Assembly: GCA_963662335.2 (NCBI GenBank)
Contig: CAXXVD010000001.1
Coordinates: forward strand, 128,001-192,000
Direction of reading: 5' to 3'
Source of the DNA: Chloroflexota bacterium
GTDB taxonomy: Bacteria > Chloroflexota > UBA11872 > VXOZ01
DNA: 64,000 bases
The notes under the pieces are model-generated. The model ran no database searches. It worked only from the letters and a program-made list of their open reading frames with translations, and was not told the DNA's origin. Both the position numbers and the translations under genes were made by a program. This document shows positions 1 through 9,633 of the stretch, one piece after another (positions within the stretch are counted from its first letter, which is position 1; each line of letters starts with the position of its first letter).

Positions 1-327
1 CGTTGCGGGTGTCGCCCCGGGCGTGGGAGACACCGAGGGTGAAGACGTCGGAGTCGGCTCGGGCCGCGGCATTGGCGTCGGCGTCCGTACCGGCATGGCG
101 GCGGGACTCGGCGTCGGCTCAGGCGTAGGCGTGACCGCTGGCGCGGTAGGCGCCGCCGTGGCCGCGGCCGTTGGCGTCGGCGCAATCGCGGTAGCAGTTT
201 GCGTCACTTGCGGGGAAGGCGACGGCGCCGCGCGCGTTGCCTCCGGCCGGGATTCCGGCTCATCGTCACCACAAGCGGCCAGCAGCAAGCAGAGACAGCC
301 GAGCAAAGCGGCGATGACGCAGCGCAT
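1..327 (-). CDS. Lipoprotein with Pro/Thr/Ala-rich linker, N-terminal part (runs off window start)
   Basis: Minus-strand translation from ATG 327 (or in-frame ATG 348): MRCVIAALLGCLCLLLAACGDDEPESRPE then a PT-rich tract; lipobox LAAC. Not in the ORF track; the + strand ORF 23..511 is its shadow. Confidence 0.8.
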   Translation of the reverse strand, partial: MRCVIAALLGCLCLLLAACGDDEPESRPEATRAAPSPSPQVTQTATAIAPTPTAAATAAPTAPAVTPTPEPTPSPAAMPVRTPTPMPRPEPTPTSSPSVSPTPGATPAT

Positions 328-453
328 AGTCTTTACAGTAAGTGCCATCCCGCCTAAGCCCATCGTCCACGCCGTCACATGCTGTTGGCGTATAATGAAG
401 CAACGCAATCGCCGTACGCCGAGGGTTCTGCACACAGTATTTGCCGATCGTCC

Positions 454-1677
454 ATGTTTCGTCAAACCCGACACTCCCCGAGGAACACCGCGCTTTGGCT
501 GCGCGCGCTGAGCACCGTCTTCTGTTCCGCGCTCGCGCTGCTCACGCTCGCTCTCCCCGCAGTGAAAGCGGCCGCCGCGCCGCAAGCGCAGAGCGCTGCT
601 GAAGTCACGCGCGCGAGCATCATCACCACGCTTGCGGGCAACGGCATCGCCAGCGGCGGCGCCTTCGACGAAGTCGGCGGCGATGGCGGGCCGGCTGCGC
701 AGGCCACGCTCAACCTGCCGGCCAGCGTTGCCGTCGACGCCGCCGGCAACGTGTACGTCGCGGATTCGGCCAACCACCGGATTCGCCGGGTCGCGCCGGA
801 CGGCGTCATCACCACGGTTGCTGGCACCGGCGAGGCCGGAGACGACGGGGACGGCGGTCCGGCCCGTGACGCCCGCCTGCGCCGGCCGTTGGGCGTAGCC
901 GTGGGCGCGGACGGCACGCTGTTCGTGGCCGATACCTATAACCACCGCATACGCATGGTGACCGCCGACAGCACAATCACCACGATAGCAGGCACGGGGG
1001 AGCCCGGTTTCGGCGGTGACGGCGGCCCCGGCGCGGCGGCTATGCTCGCCTATCCCACCGGCATTGCGTTAGCAGCCGACGGCGCGCTCTACATCGCCGA
1101 CACGGGCAACCACCGGGTGCGCAGGCTGGCAACCGACGGCGCCATTACGACCGTTGCGGGCACGGGCGCGGCCGGCTTCAACGGCGACGGCGGGCCGGCG
1201 GCGCTCGCTCGCCTGAACAGTCCCCGCGGCGTGGCCGTCGCGACCGACGGCACACTGTACATTGTCGATCGGGAGAATAGGCGTGTACGCATGGTGGACA
1301 CGGACGGCCTCATCACGACGGTCGCGGGCAACGGCAGTTCCGGCTTCAACGGCGATCGCGGCGATGCCACCCAAGCCACGCTCCGCGCCCCCTACGGCGT
1401 TGCCGTAGATAGCCAGGGCAACCTCTACGTTGCCGACACGTTCAACCACCGCGTCCGCAAAGTTACGCCCGACGGCGGCATCCGCACGGTGGCCGGCAGC
1501 GAGCGGTTCGGCTTCAGCGGCGACGGCTGGCCCGCGGGCCAAGCCGCCCTCCACTATCCCCTCGGCGTAGCGGTGGACATCGCCGGCAATCTCTACATTG
1601 CCGATGCCTTCAACCACCGCATCCGCAAGGTCTGGGCCAGCGCGGATACCGAACCGACGCCTAATCTCTTCTTCTAA
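454..1677 (+). CDS. Secreted NHL-repeat beta-propeller protein
   Basis: Hydrophobic signal-like segment, then six repeats of ITTxAGxG..GDGGPA..A.L..P.GVAV..G.LYxADxxNHRIR; start uncertain (379 or 454). Confidence 0.9.
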   Translation: MFRQTRHSPRNTALWLRALSTVFCSALALLTLALPAVKAAAAPQAQSAAEVTRASIITTLAGNGIASGGAFDEVGGDGGPAAQATLNLPASVAVDAAGNVYVADSANHRIRRVAPDGVITTVAGTGEAGDDGDGGPARDARLRRPLGVAVGADGTLFVADTYNHRIRMVTADSTITTIAGTGEPGFGGDGGPGAAAMLAYPTGIALAADGALYIADTGNHRVRRLATDGAITTVAGTGAAGFNGDGGPAALARLNSPRGVAVATDGTLYIVDRENRRVRMVDTDGLITTVAGNGSSGFNGDRGDATQATLRAPYGVAVDSQGNLYVADTFNHRVRKVTPDGGIRTVAGSERFGFSGDGWPAGQAALHYPLGVAVDIAGNLYIADAFNHRIRKVWASADTEPTPNLFF

Positions 1678-1831
1678 CTGCGCCGCGCCCTCGACATGCT
1701 CTCAATGCGATTACCGACGGCACGGCGGGCCGCCGCATTACGGCCTTACTCGCTCTTCATTGCTGCGTCAAGCAGCAGGGTTGCGGTTCTTGATAAAATG
1801 AATGAACAGAAAATAGGTGAGGGAGGGTGCG

Positions 1832-2212
1832 ATGGCAATCAACGGGCGAGAAGCAGCCGTTGAGCGGTACCTGCAAACCAGCCGCCGCTTCATCGAACAA
1901 GCGGAGACTGAATTCGCAAAAGGCGACATGCGGCAGGCATCCGAAAAGGCCTGGGGCGCCGCCGCGCAAGCCGTGAAAGCCGCGGCCGAGCACAGGGGTT
2001 GGCAGCACAGCACACACGCGCGGCTCTTTGAGAACGTAAAGCTGTTCTCCCAGGAAACCGGCGACGCCGAGTTACACGACCTCTTCCACGTAGCGAATTC
2101 CCTGCGCCAAAACTTCTACGAGGGCTGGCAACCAGACACGTTCGTGCAAACGGGTATCAGTCGGGTGAAGATTCTCGTTGACAGACTCGCCGCGCTGGTC
2201 ATCCGAGAATAA
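1832..2212 (+). CDS. PaREP1-family (HEPN-like) protein, copy 1
   Basis: QASEKAWGAAAQAVKA and NFYE motifs; RBS GGGAGG upstream. Confidence 0.85.
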   Translation: MAINGREAAVERYLQTSRRFIEQAETEFAKGDMRQASEKAWGAAAQAVKAAAEHRGWQHSTHARLFENVKLFSQETGDAELHDLFHVANSLRQNFYEGWQPDTFVQTGISRVKILVDRLAALVIRE

Positions 2213-2453
2213 TGACACCTTGCTTCCAGCGAACGTAGCGGCCCGGTGTCATTGCAGTGACCGGCAATGGTCCGTGGCGTTGCCGCTCATCAACGTGTGA
2301 AGCCAGCGCAGGGTTCGCGCGGGACGTGCGCGCAACCTGTGTTTGCGGTAGGGAGTCAGTCCCCTGCACACCCGTTTCTCTTAGCGCCGGTTCTGCGGCA
2401 CACACCGGATTTCCGGCTGCGCTCGCAGTGACAGAGCTTGGTAGTGCCGGCCT

Positions 2454-2493
2454 GGACGCTCGCGCTTGGAGCGAGCGTCCGGTTCTTCATTTT
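2454..2493 (+). terminator. Rho-independent terminator-like hairpin
   Basis: Perfect 10-bp stem GGACGCTCGC/GCGAGCGTCC followed by TTCTTCATTTT, between convergent genes. Confidence 0.6.
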
Positions 2494-2511
2494 GCGCTTA
2501 CGGCGTTACGC

Positions 2512-3429
2512 CTATGCGCCGACCAATTCCCGCAGGCCGATCTTGGCCACTGCCGCGTGCACGGCGGCTTTGTCGTCCGGCGTTAGCTCGGCCAGCGGCG
2601 GGCGCACCGGGCCGCCGGCCAGGCCGATGGCCATCATCACCTCTTTCATCACCGTGACCTCGTAGCCGCGCACCTTGTAGCGGATGTCGTAGATCGGCAG
2701 GGTCTCGCGTTCGATCTTGGCCTGGAGTTCGCTGAAGCGTCCCGCTTGCGCCAGTTCCAAAGCCTCGATCGCCGACCTGGGGTTGTAGTTGGCGTTGCTG
2801 GAGGTATAGCCCTCGGCGCCGGCCGCAAAATAGGCGTGCACCATGTCGTCGCCCACGCCCGCCAGCCAGAGCAGCTTATCGCCCACGTAGGAGCGGATGC
2901 GCTGGAACATGCGCACGTCGCCCTGGCCGTCTTTGAAGGCCACGAGGTTGGGAATATCCGCCAGGCGGTCGACCAATTCCGGGCTGAGCTTGGCGTGGTC
3001 GCGGGCGTAGGGGAAGACGCCGAGATTGGTGGAGTCGGCAATGGACTGGTAGTAGCGGTAGAAGCCCTCGTCGCTGGCTTCGCCGTAGTGCGGCGGCATG
3101 ATCAACAAGCCGTCCACGCCGGCGCTTTCGGCAAACGCCGCCATTTCCCCGGCCACGGCCGGATTGACGCCCACGCCCGCCAGCATCAGGCAGCGGCCGT
3201 CCGCCGCCTCGGCCGTGGCGGCAACGACCGCCTGCCACTCGGTGAACGTCAACGAAAAGAATTCGCCCGTGCCGCCGGCCGCCAGCACGGCCGGGGAACC
3301 CTCGCGCGCCAGGAAATCGACGTTGCGGCGCAGGCCGTCCAGGTCGAGCGAATAGTCATCGTGGAACGGGGTTACGGGAAAGGGGATTACGGTGCGCAGT
3401 TGTTCGCGCAGTTCCGCCGGACTCATCAC
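2512..3429 (-). CDS. kdgD: DapA-family lyase, 5-dehydro-4-deoxyglucarate dehydratase-like
   Basis: FPVTPF, AAGGTGEFFSL, FKDGQGD (Schiff-base Lys) and GPVRPPL motifs. Confidence 0.75.
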   Translation of the reverse strand: MMSPAELREQLRTVIPFPVTPFHDDYSLDLDGLRRNVDFLAREGSPAVLAAGGTGEFFSLTFTEWQAVVAATAEAADGRCLMLAGVGVNPAVAGEMAAFAESAGVDGLLIMPPHYGEASDEGFYRYYQSIADSTNLGVFPYARDHAKLSPELVDRLADIPNLVAFKDGQGDVRMFQRIRSYVGDKLLWLAGVGDDMVHAYFAAGAEGYTSSNANYNPRSAIEALELAQAGRFSELQAKIERETLPIYDIRYKVRGYEVTVMKEVMMAIGLAGGPVRPPLAELTPDDKAAVHAAVAKIGLRELVGA

Positions 3430-3734
3430 GGGTTCAAGTCTCCTTGCTCATGCGTAGCGAGCGTTTCAATGCCGCCGCCGTCGTAAAGTACACCAAGACC
3501 TATCGTACCAATGCGCGCGGGCAAATTCCACCAACGCCGGCCCCCGGGAGGGGCTGACATGTCGTGCCCCTACCGGGGACGCGGGGAGACGTGTCGCGTC
3601 CCTAGGCCGGTGGCGTGTTCGGTTACCACGGGAACGGCGCGGCGGCGTTGCTCTCTGACAGACTCGCGGCTCAGCGCATATAATGGGGAGAAGGCACTAA
3701 TTCAGGAATTCCGCAGGAAAGAGAGGGTCTAGGC

Positions 3735-4457
3735 ATGAAGAAATTACTTGCGCTCGCGCTCATACTCGCCCTAATGCTCGGCCTCGCGGCGTGCGGCGGC
3801 GACGAACCGGCGGAGGCGGAACCGACGGCGGCGCCGGCGGCAACGGCAGCGCCCGCGGCGACGGCGGAACCGGCGCCAACCGCGGCCCCGGCCCAAGAGG
3901 GCAGCGACACCGCCGCCAAGACGGTCTTCAACATCGATGCGTCGCGCTCCACCGCCCGCTATCTGATCAACGAGCGGCTCGCCAACGTGGCCTCGCCCGT
4001 TGACGCCATCGGCGAGACGTCGGACGTCTCCGGCGCGATCGTGCTGGACGCCGACGGCAAGGTGGTGAGCGGGGAATCGCAGATCGTGGTCGGCTTGGCC
4101 GGTCTCAAGAGCGATTCCGACCGGCGCGACGGCTACGTGCGCCGCAACACCCTGCAAACCGACCAGTATCCCACCGCCACGTTCGCGGTGAAGGCGATCG
4201 AGGGCCTGCCCTGGCCGCTGCCGGCGTCGGGCGAGGTGACGGTGCAAATGGTGGGCGACCTGACGGTCAAGGACCAGACGCGGGAGGTGACGTGGGAAAC
4301 CGTCATCCAGGCCGGCGCGGACGAGGCGGCGGGCAGCGCCAAGACGGTGATTACCTTTGAGCAGTTTGCCCTGGAGAAACCGCGCGTGGCGATTGTGCTC
4401 AGCGTGGTGGACGAAATCCGGCTGGAGCTTGACTTTACCGTCGTGCGGGAGGAATAA
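3735..4457 (+). CDS. YceI-family lipoprotein
   Basis: Lipobox LAAC, Ala/Pro linker, L.SD..RRD, L.TDQYPTATF and GDLTVK motifs. Confidence 0.85.
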   Translation: MKKLLALALILALMLGLAACGGDEPAEAEPTAAPAATAAPAATAEPAPTAAPAQEGSDTAAKTVFNIDASRSTARYLINERLANVASPVDAIGETSDVSGAIVLDADGKVVSGESQIVVGLAGLKSDSDRRDGYVRRNTLQTDQYPTATFAVKAIEGLPWPLPASGEVTVQMVGDLTVKDQTREVTWETVIQAGADEAAGSAKTVITFEQFALEKPRVAIVLSVVDEIRLELDFTVVREE

Positions 4458-4818
4458 CAGCCTGCAAAAGACCGAACTGAACGATCACGATCTGACTTCA
4501 GATTCTTTTGCGGTTCACTTCAGTTGCCTTAGAAGTGGCTGCTCAATTCCTGAAGAACCGGCCGGACGATGCCCTGTGGGGCCAACCGCCCAATGAAGAA
4601 ACGGCCCTGTTCGGGCTACCTGGGCATGGGAAAGTCGTGGTCGACGTGCGAGCGGAACAAGCCCACTTGCGTAAAAGGCACCCCTTTACCGTCAGTGAGC
4701 GGTAGAGTCTTGGCCTTCTTCCAATAGCCTATACCCATGCTAACCAACAGGGTTGACACTACTGCTTACCCTGAGGGAGTATGGTACCTATGAGGACTCT
4801 ATAGAGAAGGAGACTATC

Positions 4819-5091
4819 GTGAACGAAGTGATGGCGAAACTGCATCCGCCTGAAGTCATTGATGAACTGAGGAAGAACGCGGCGGCATACCGTGCCGTCA
4901 TGACTGAGATGGAGGCGGAGCACTGGGGAAAGATTATCCTACTCCATGACGGTGAGGTCAGTGCCATCTATAACAATATGGAGGATGCCTACTCAATTGG
5001 CTGCGAGAAGTACGGTGAGGGCCATTTTAGTCTGTATCAAGTCGGGCAACAACCAGTAGGCTTCGGGTTCCAGGCATATGCCCTCCTTTGA
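4819..5091 (+). CDS. Small hypothetical protein (DUF5678-like)
   Basis: RBS AAGGAG before GTG 4819; HWGKIILLHDGEV..IY...DAY..G pattern; overlaps the start of a retropepsin-like gene. Confidence 0.6.
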   Translation: MNEVMAKLHPPEVIDELRKNAAAYRAVMTEMEAEHWGKIILLHDGEVSAIYNNMEDAYSIGCEKYGEGHFSLYQVGQQPVGFGFQAYALL

Positions 5092-5503
5092 ACAGGCGAT
5101 CACTGACAACCGCATCATTGTCATCGTTGATGTGAGCCGCGCCGCGGGCGAACAGGGCTTTTCCTTCAAGGCGTTACTGGATACCGGCGCAACGATTACT
5201 GGAATCTCACCCAAAGTCGTAGAGGCATTGCAACTCACCCCACTGGGTACCATCAGTCTTTCGGTTGCATCAGGAGAAACTATTGAATCAGCACGCTACC
5301 ACGCAAGGGTTGATATCCCCATAGGGGTTGCTGTTGCTTCGCAACCTGATGAACAGTGACAGGAGCGATTCCTAATGGGTAGAGACCTCTTTGTTACAGG
5401 ACTGCCCTATCAACCAGATGAATACGATGTAATTCTCGGCATGGACTTCATCGATGCATTCCACATTACCATCTATAGAAACCGAATCATCCTGAGCAAC
5501 TAA
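5078..5503 (+). pseudogene. Retropepsin-like aspartic protease interrupted by in-frame TGA (5357-5359)
   Basis: ALLDTGAT catalytic motif before the stop; the same frame continues QERFLMGRDLFVTGLPYQPDEYDVILGMDF..TAA 5503 and supplies the conserved ILGMDF motif. Confidence 0.75.
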
Positions 5504-5506
5504 GGT

Positions 5507-5749
5507 ATGCTCTTCATCTATCTTGAGCTTCTACGGCGTGTAAGTGACATCAAGGTCGTTGTCTTCACTCATGATGTACCCGAGTGCCTTACAGCCGGAG
5601 AAAACGAAGCCGTTGTTCTTGTTGAGGCCCAGGACCCGCTTGCGGAGGCAATTGAGGGACGGATCGATGACAATGAGCCGATTTTGAAGCCGAGTGCCCG
5701 GCGCAATGGCGATTTGCTTGTTCCGGTACCTACCGAAGTGGCCCCATGA
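5507..5749 (+). pseudogene. HicB-like antitoxin, probably degenerate, no hicA partner
   Basis: DVPECLTAGENE..VEAQDPLAEAIEGRIDDNEPILKPS resembles the HicB N-terminal domain; truncated after VPVPTEVAP. Confidence 0.55.
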
Positions 5750-6000
5750 GCTGCGCCTGCTATTGAGTGCCGTCGGAGTGAGTCGTTTCTGACCAGGCGC
5801 GCGAAAATCCCAGATGTAGATCAAGAAACGGTCAGCCAAATGCTCAATACACGACACGCCAAGGAATCAGCGAATATTGACCGACCGTTCATTCTTGGTA
5901 GCGAACTCGTTCTCAAGGCACCCTCGCTCGCCCCTGTCAACGCGGATTGAGAGCGTAGATCTCGATTTTCACGAATAGGACTTGCTAGGGAACACTATTC

Positions 6001-6897
6001 CTACAGTCCCAGCACCCGCTCGGCGTTGCCCTGCGTGATCGCGTGGTATTTCTCGTCCGAGTCGCAGTATTCCTTGAGCAGGGGCAGACTCTGCGAGGCG
6101 AAACACGGGCGCGGGCCCATGCCTTCCCAGTTGCCCTTGCCGTCCAGGCAGTGGCAGTCGGTGGCCCAGAGCAGTTGCTTCCAGTGGCGGTTGACGAATT
6201 CCGCGCCGAATTCCGGGTCGCGGGAAATGGCGTTGAGGCCCGAACCGGCGGAGAGGTCGCCGTAGAGGTTCGGGTACTTGGAGAGCCATTGGTCGCTCAG
6301 GCCGCCGCGCACTACCGGCCCCGGCGGATAGCTGGTGTAGTCCGCGGCCTTCCAGTCCCGGGGCACCTCGGCGCTCACGTTCGCCCACCACGCCTGGGCG
6401 TGCGCCACGAAGATCGTATCGGGAAAGGCCTCCAGCACCTGGTCGAACTGCTCGAAGTTGTAGTTGTAGTTGCGGTACTCGAAGTGCAGCAGCACCACCC
6501 AACCCAGCTTGCCGCAGAGTTCGTAGATGTCCATGCTGTCCGGGTGGTCAACCGGCAGCCGCACCTTGTGCTCGCCAAAGCCCATGCAGCCCGCTTCGTG
6601 GTAGCGGCGGATTTCGTTGAGCACGTCCGGGTGCAGGGGGTCAACGTGGCAGAAGGGAATCACCACGTCGGGAAAGCGGTCGTAGGCTTGCAGCGCCAGG
6701 TCGGTGCGCATGGCCGACTGGCGCTGGCCCCACTTTTCTTTCGCCATGGCCGTGCTGTTGCCCTGGTCGATGGGCAGCACCACCGCCTTGCCTCCGCCGT
6801 GGGCATCGATGTGCGCCACGATGTGCTCGCCAATGCGGGGATTGCCGCAGTCGTATTCAGTGGGCACCATCACGTGCTGATGAAAGTCAATCGGCAT
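6001..6897 (-). CDS. Amidohydrolase family protein (Amidohydro_2)
   Basis: IDFHQH, GFGEHK, LLH, AHA and LWATD metal-binding motifs. Confidence 0.85.
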   Translation of the reverse strand: MPIDFHQHVMVPTEYDCGNPRIGEHIVAHIDAHGGGKAVVLPIDQGNSTAMAKEKWGQRQSAMRTDLALQAYDRFPDVVIPFCHVDPLHPDVLNEIRRYHEAGCMGFGEHKVRLPVDHPDSMDIYELCGKLGWVVLLHFEYRNYNYNFEQFDQVLEAFPDTIFVAHAQAWWANVSAEVPRDWKAADYTSYPPGPVVRGGLSDQWLSKYPNLYGDLSAGSGLNAISRDPEFGAEFVNRHWKQLLWATDCHCLDGKGNWEGMGPRPCFASQSLPLLKEYCDSDEKYHAITQGNAERVLGL

Positions 6898-7162
6898 AGC
6901 TTTCTCATCCCTCTCTTACTGCAACAAATCAGCCTCGCGCGTAGAACGAGCGTGTGTCTCGACGAAGCGGCATACTGCAGTATAGTATCGGCATTCTGGA
7001 GTTCACACAAGCGCGGCACGAGCACATCGCGCATCTTCTGCCAGCGCCGCGAGGCAATGTCAGAGCATCCAACGTGCAGGCGCTCGATAGAGATTGTAAC
7101 CAGGCTCCAAGACCAAGAAATCCACGCTCTCCAAGTTTATTAAAGAATATCTTTTAAATCCC

Positions 7163-7192
7163 TTGCCCTTTTCTAGAACGTATTGGTATACT
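7163..7192 (+). promoter_or_regulatory. Sigma70-type promoter
   Basis: TTGCCC-N18-TATACT with extended -10 TG; AT-rich imperfect palindrome TTAAAGAATATCTTTTAA just upstream. Confidence 0.5.
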
Positions 7193-7305
7193 TAAACTCA
7201 GATATTCGATAAACAGCAGCTACCGTGTGCGGAGGCGTCGGCGGCGAGGTTCTTGCGGCGCTGAGCCGTTCGCAGCGCAACCGGTAGCGCCCACAGGAAG
7301 GAGTT

Positions 7306-7527
7306 ATGGGAATGGAGAACACACACGAGAAAGGCAACGGCAACGGCCAGCAGAACCAGGCGCAGCAGCCGTTTTGCCGCATCACGATCGAGGTGCGCGG
7401 TTCGCCGGGCGAGGCGGTCGGCGGCCTGCAGGAAAAACTGCGCCAAGGGGCGAACGACGCCCTGGACTTCATCCGCCGTTACGTGGACATTCGCATCGAG
7501 GCCCGCGCGAAGGACAGTCCCGGCTAG
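7306..7527 (+). CDS. Small hypothetical protein
   Basis: Strong RBS AGGAAGGAG, high-GC codon usage, promoter upstream. Confidence 0.65.
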   Translation: MGMENTHEKGNGNGQQNQAQQPFCRITIEVRGSPGEAVGGLQEKLRQGANDALDFIRRYVDIRIEARAKDSPG

Positions 7528-7640
7528 GCCGAGCGCATTGCTATTGAGTAGTCGCGCGCTCTAAGCAAACCGCGCGGCCTTGGGACCATCTCTGACATGC
7601 GTGGGAGCGCGGCGCGCCTGCGCAGCCTTCCTCAAAAGGT

Positions 7641-7668
7641 GTAGGGGCACGGCATGCCGTGCCCCTAC
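7641..7668. repeat. GTAG-type REP palindrome (family C); related copies at 22596-22623, about 3546-3605 and split at 33272-33470
   Basis: GTAGGGGCACGGCATGCCGTGCCCCTAC perfect palindrome. Confidence 0.75.
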
Positions 7669-7706
7669 ACCTTTTCAATAGGCGCAATCCGCACCTCGCC
7701 GCACGC

Positions 7707-9587
7707 TCACGGCGCGCGAATCCGGCCCGCGCCCCCCACCGGATAACGGTCCGCCGTAATCACCCCGCCGAGTTCCTCCCCGATGTAGTTCACGATCGCT
7801 TGGCGGTACGTCACGCCCAGGGAAACGAACGGCGCGCCGCGATAGGGGTACTCGTCGCCGCCCCGCGCGATGAAGTCGAGCGTAGCGATATGCACCGGGC
7901 CCGCGCCGGCCACCGCCGCGCCATCCCGCACCAGCCACGTGCCGTCGGCCAGTTGCGCGCTGCGCACCCGCGTGCCGGGGGTCACCACCCGGCCGTCCTC
8001 ATCCAGCGCCTGGGACGTCCCATTCGCGTCCCACACGAACGTAAACCCGGCAATCTGGGGGAAGCGGCCGTCCCGGTGTTCGGCCTGGGAAACGGCGTTT
8101 TCCAGAATCTCCTTGAACTGTGCCGCCCCGATGTCCGGCACGATCGTAATGAAATTCGGGAAAGGCGCCATGCCGTAGACGTCCAGCGCGTACACGGGAC
8201 CGGCCGCGATCATGCCGTCGTTGCGAATACCGCCGCCGTTTTGGATTGCGACGTGCGGCGCGGGCGCGCCAAAGTCCGCGGCTAACGCCCGCGCTTGCCA
8301 GAGCACGGCGTCGGCCATCAGGTTGCCCTGGTTGGTCTCCCGCGTCCGCACCGCCTCGCGCCGTCCGTCTAGCGGCGCCTCGGTTACGGCCACGACCTGC
8401 CGCGCCAGAGCACTGACGTGCGCGGCCACCGGCGCTACCACGCGCTCCTGCACCTCGGGGTGCGACGCCACGGCGTCAGGCTGCGCGCCGCCGGCCACGC
8501 GCACCGGGCCGCTGGCGGGATCAATCGCCGTCACGTTGCCATTGGCGTCGAACTCCACCGTTAACCGGCCCACGTACAGATACCGGCCGGGCACGCTCAC
8601 CACCGGCACGGCGCTGCCGCCGGCGCTCTCCGCCAGCAGCGGGTACGGGCCATAGCGCGAATCCTCATCGCCGGGCACGAGCAGGTCGCCCTCGTTCGCC
8701 AGCAACTCGCTGCCGCCGCCCGCTACCACTATGTCAACGCCCCGTAATTGGGCAACGAGCGCAAGGTCGCCCGCAATGCCGTGAAGATGGCTAAGCAGGA
8801 TAATCTTGTTCACGCCCGCGGCTGCCAGCGCGTCGATCTCCTGCTGCACCCGCCCGGCAACGTCGTCGTCCACGCGCACGTTGCGGGGACTGGAAATATA
8901 GGGCAGGCCGGGAGTGGTGGCGCCGACCACGCCGACGCGCTCACCGCCGACGGTGAGAATCACGCTGGCGGCAATGCGCCCGTCCGCCGCCAACGCGGCC
9001 AGGCGCGGCTCCCCGCTGAAGTCGAGATTCGCGCTGAGAAAGGGAACCGGCGTGGAGAACGCGCCGATCGCGTCCGCCAGCACTTCCGGCCCAAAGTCGA
9101 ATTCGTGGTTGCCCAACGCAATCGCGTCGTAGCCGATCAACTCCAAAGCCATGACGTCGTAGAAGGGCGTGTCAGGCGATTCCAGGCTTGCGCTAATCTC
9201 CGGTCCGGCAAGGTAACTGTCTCCCGCGGACAGCGCTACAACGCCGCCGCCGCCGTCGCGCGCTTCCTCCCGCAGCTTGGCCACCAGCGCCGCGAAGCGG
9301 GCCGCGCCGCCAAAGTCCTCGCGCCCCCGGCCGGCGTGCAGCAACTGGGACTCGGCGTCGTTGTTGTGCAGAATCGTCAGCCGGAACGACTCCGGCGCGG
9401 GGACCGGCGTCTCCTGGATGGTTTCCGGAGCGGCGGTTGCGGTTGGTTCCGGTGACGGCCTTGACGTCGGTTCGCCAGGCTCCACGACCGCGCAGGCGGC
9501 ACACGTGAGCGCAAACGCAAGAGCAAGCGCACATGCCAGCGCCTGTCGCGTATGGCGCAGTGTCCTGAGTCTATGCATGTCAGTCAC
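7707..9587 (-). CDS. Bifunctional metallophosphatase / 5'-nucleotidase lipoprotein
   Basis: LHNNDAES, AGD, LGNHEFD, LSHL, NGGGIR, GRFPQI motifs; RBS GAGGA before GTG 9587. Confidence 0.9.
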   Translation of the reverse strand: MTDMHRLRTLRHTRQALACALALAFALTCAACAVVEPGEPTSRPSPEPTATAAPETIQETPVPAPESFRLTILHNNDAESQLLHAGRGREDFGGAARFAALVAKLREEARDGGGGVVALSAGDSYLAGPEISASLESPDTPFYDVMALELIGYDAIALGNHEFDFGPEVLADAIGAFSTPVPFLSANLDFSGEPRLAALAADGRIAASVILTVGGERVGVVGATTPGLPYISSPRNVRVDDDVAGRVQQEIDALAAAGVNKIILLSHLHGIAGDLALVAQLRGVDIVVAGGGSELLANEGDLLVPGDEDSRYGPYPLLAESAGGSAVPVVSVPGRYLYVGRLTVEFDANGNVTAIDPASGPVRVAGGAQPDAVASHPEVQERVVAPVAAHVSALARQVVAVTEAPLDGRREAVRTRETNQGNLMADAVLWQARALAADFGAPAPHVAIQNGGGIRNDGMIAAGPVYALDVYGMAPFPNFITIVPDIGAAQFKEILENAVSQAEHRDGRFPQIAGFTFVWDANGTSQALDEDGRVVTPGTRVRSAQLADGTWLVRDGAAVAGAGPVHIATLDFIARGGDEYPYRGAPFVSLGVTYRQAIVNYIGEELGGVITADRYPVGGAGRIRAP

Positions 9588-9633
9588 AGCTATTTCCTCG
9601 CGGCAGCGTCTCCCGTGCGCGGGCCGATTCGCC

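Noticed and set aside
5357-5359. Selenocysteine codon in the retropepsin gene
   Set aside because: The TGA is in a variable loop rather than at an expected Cys, and no SECIS-like hairpin is evident at the proper distance.
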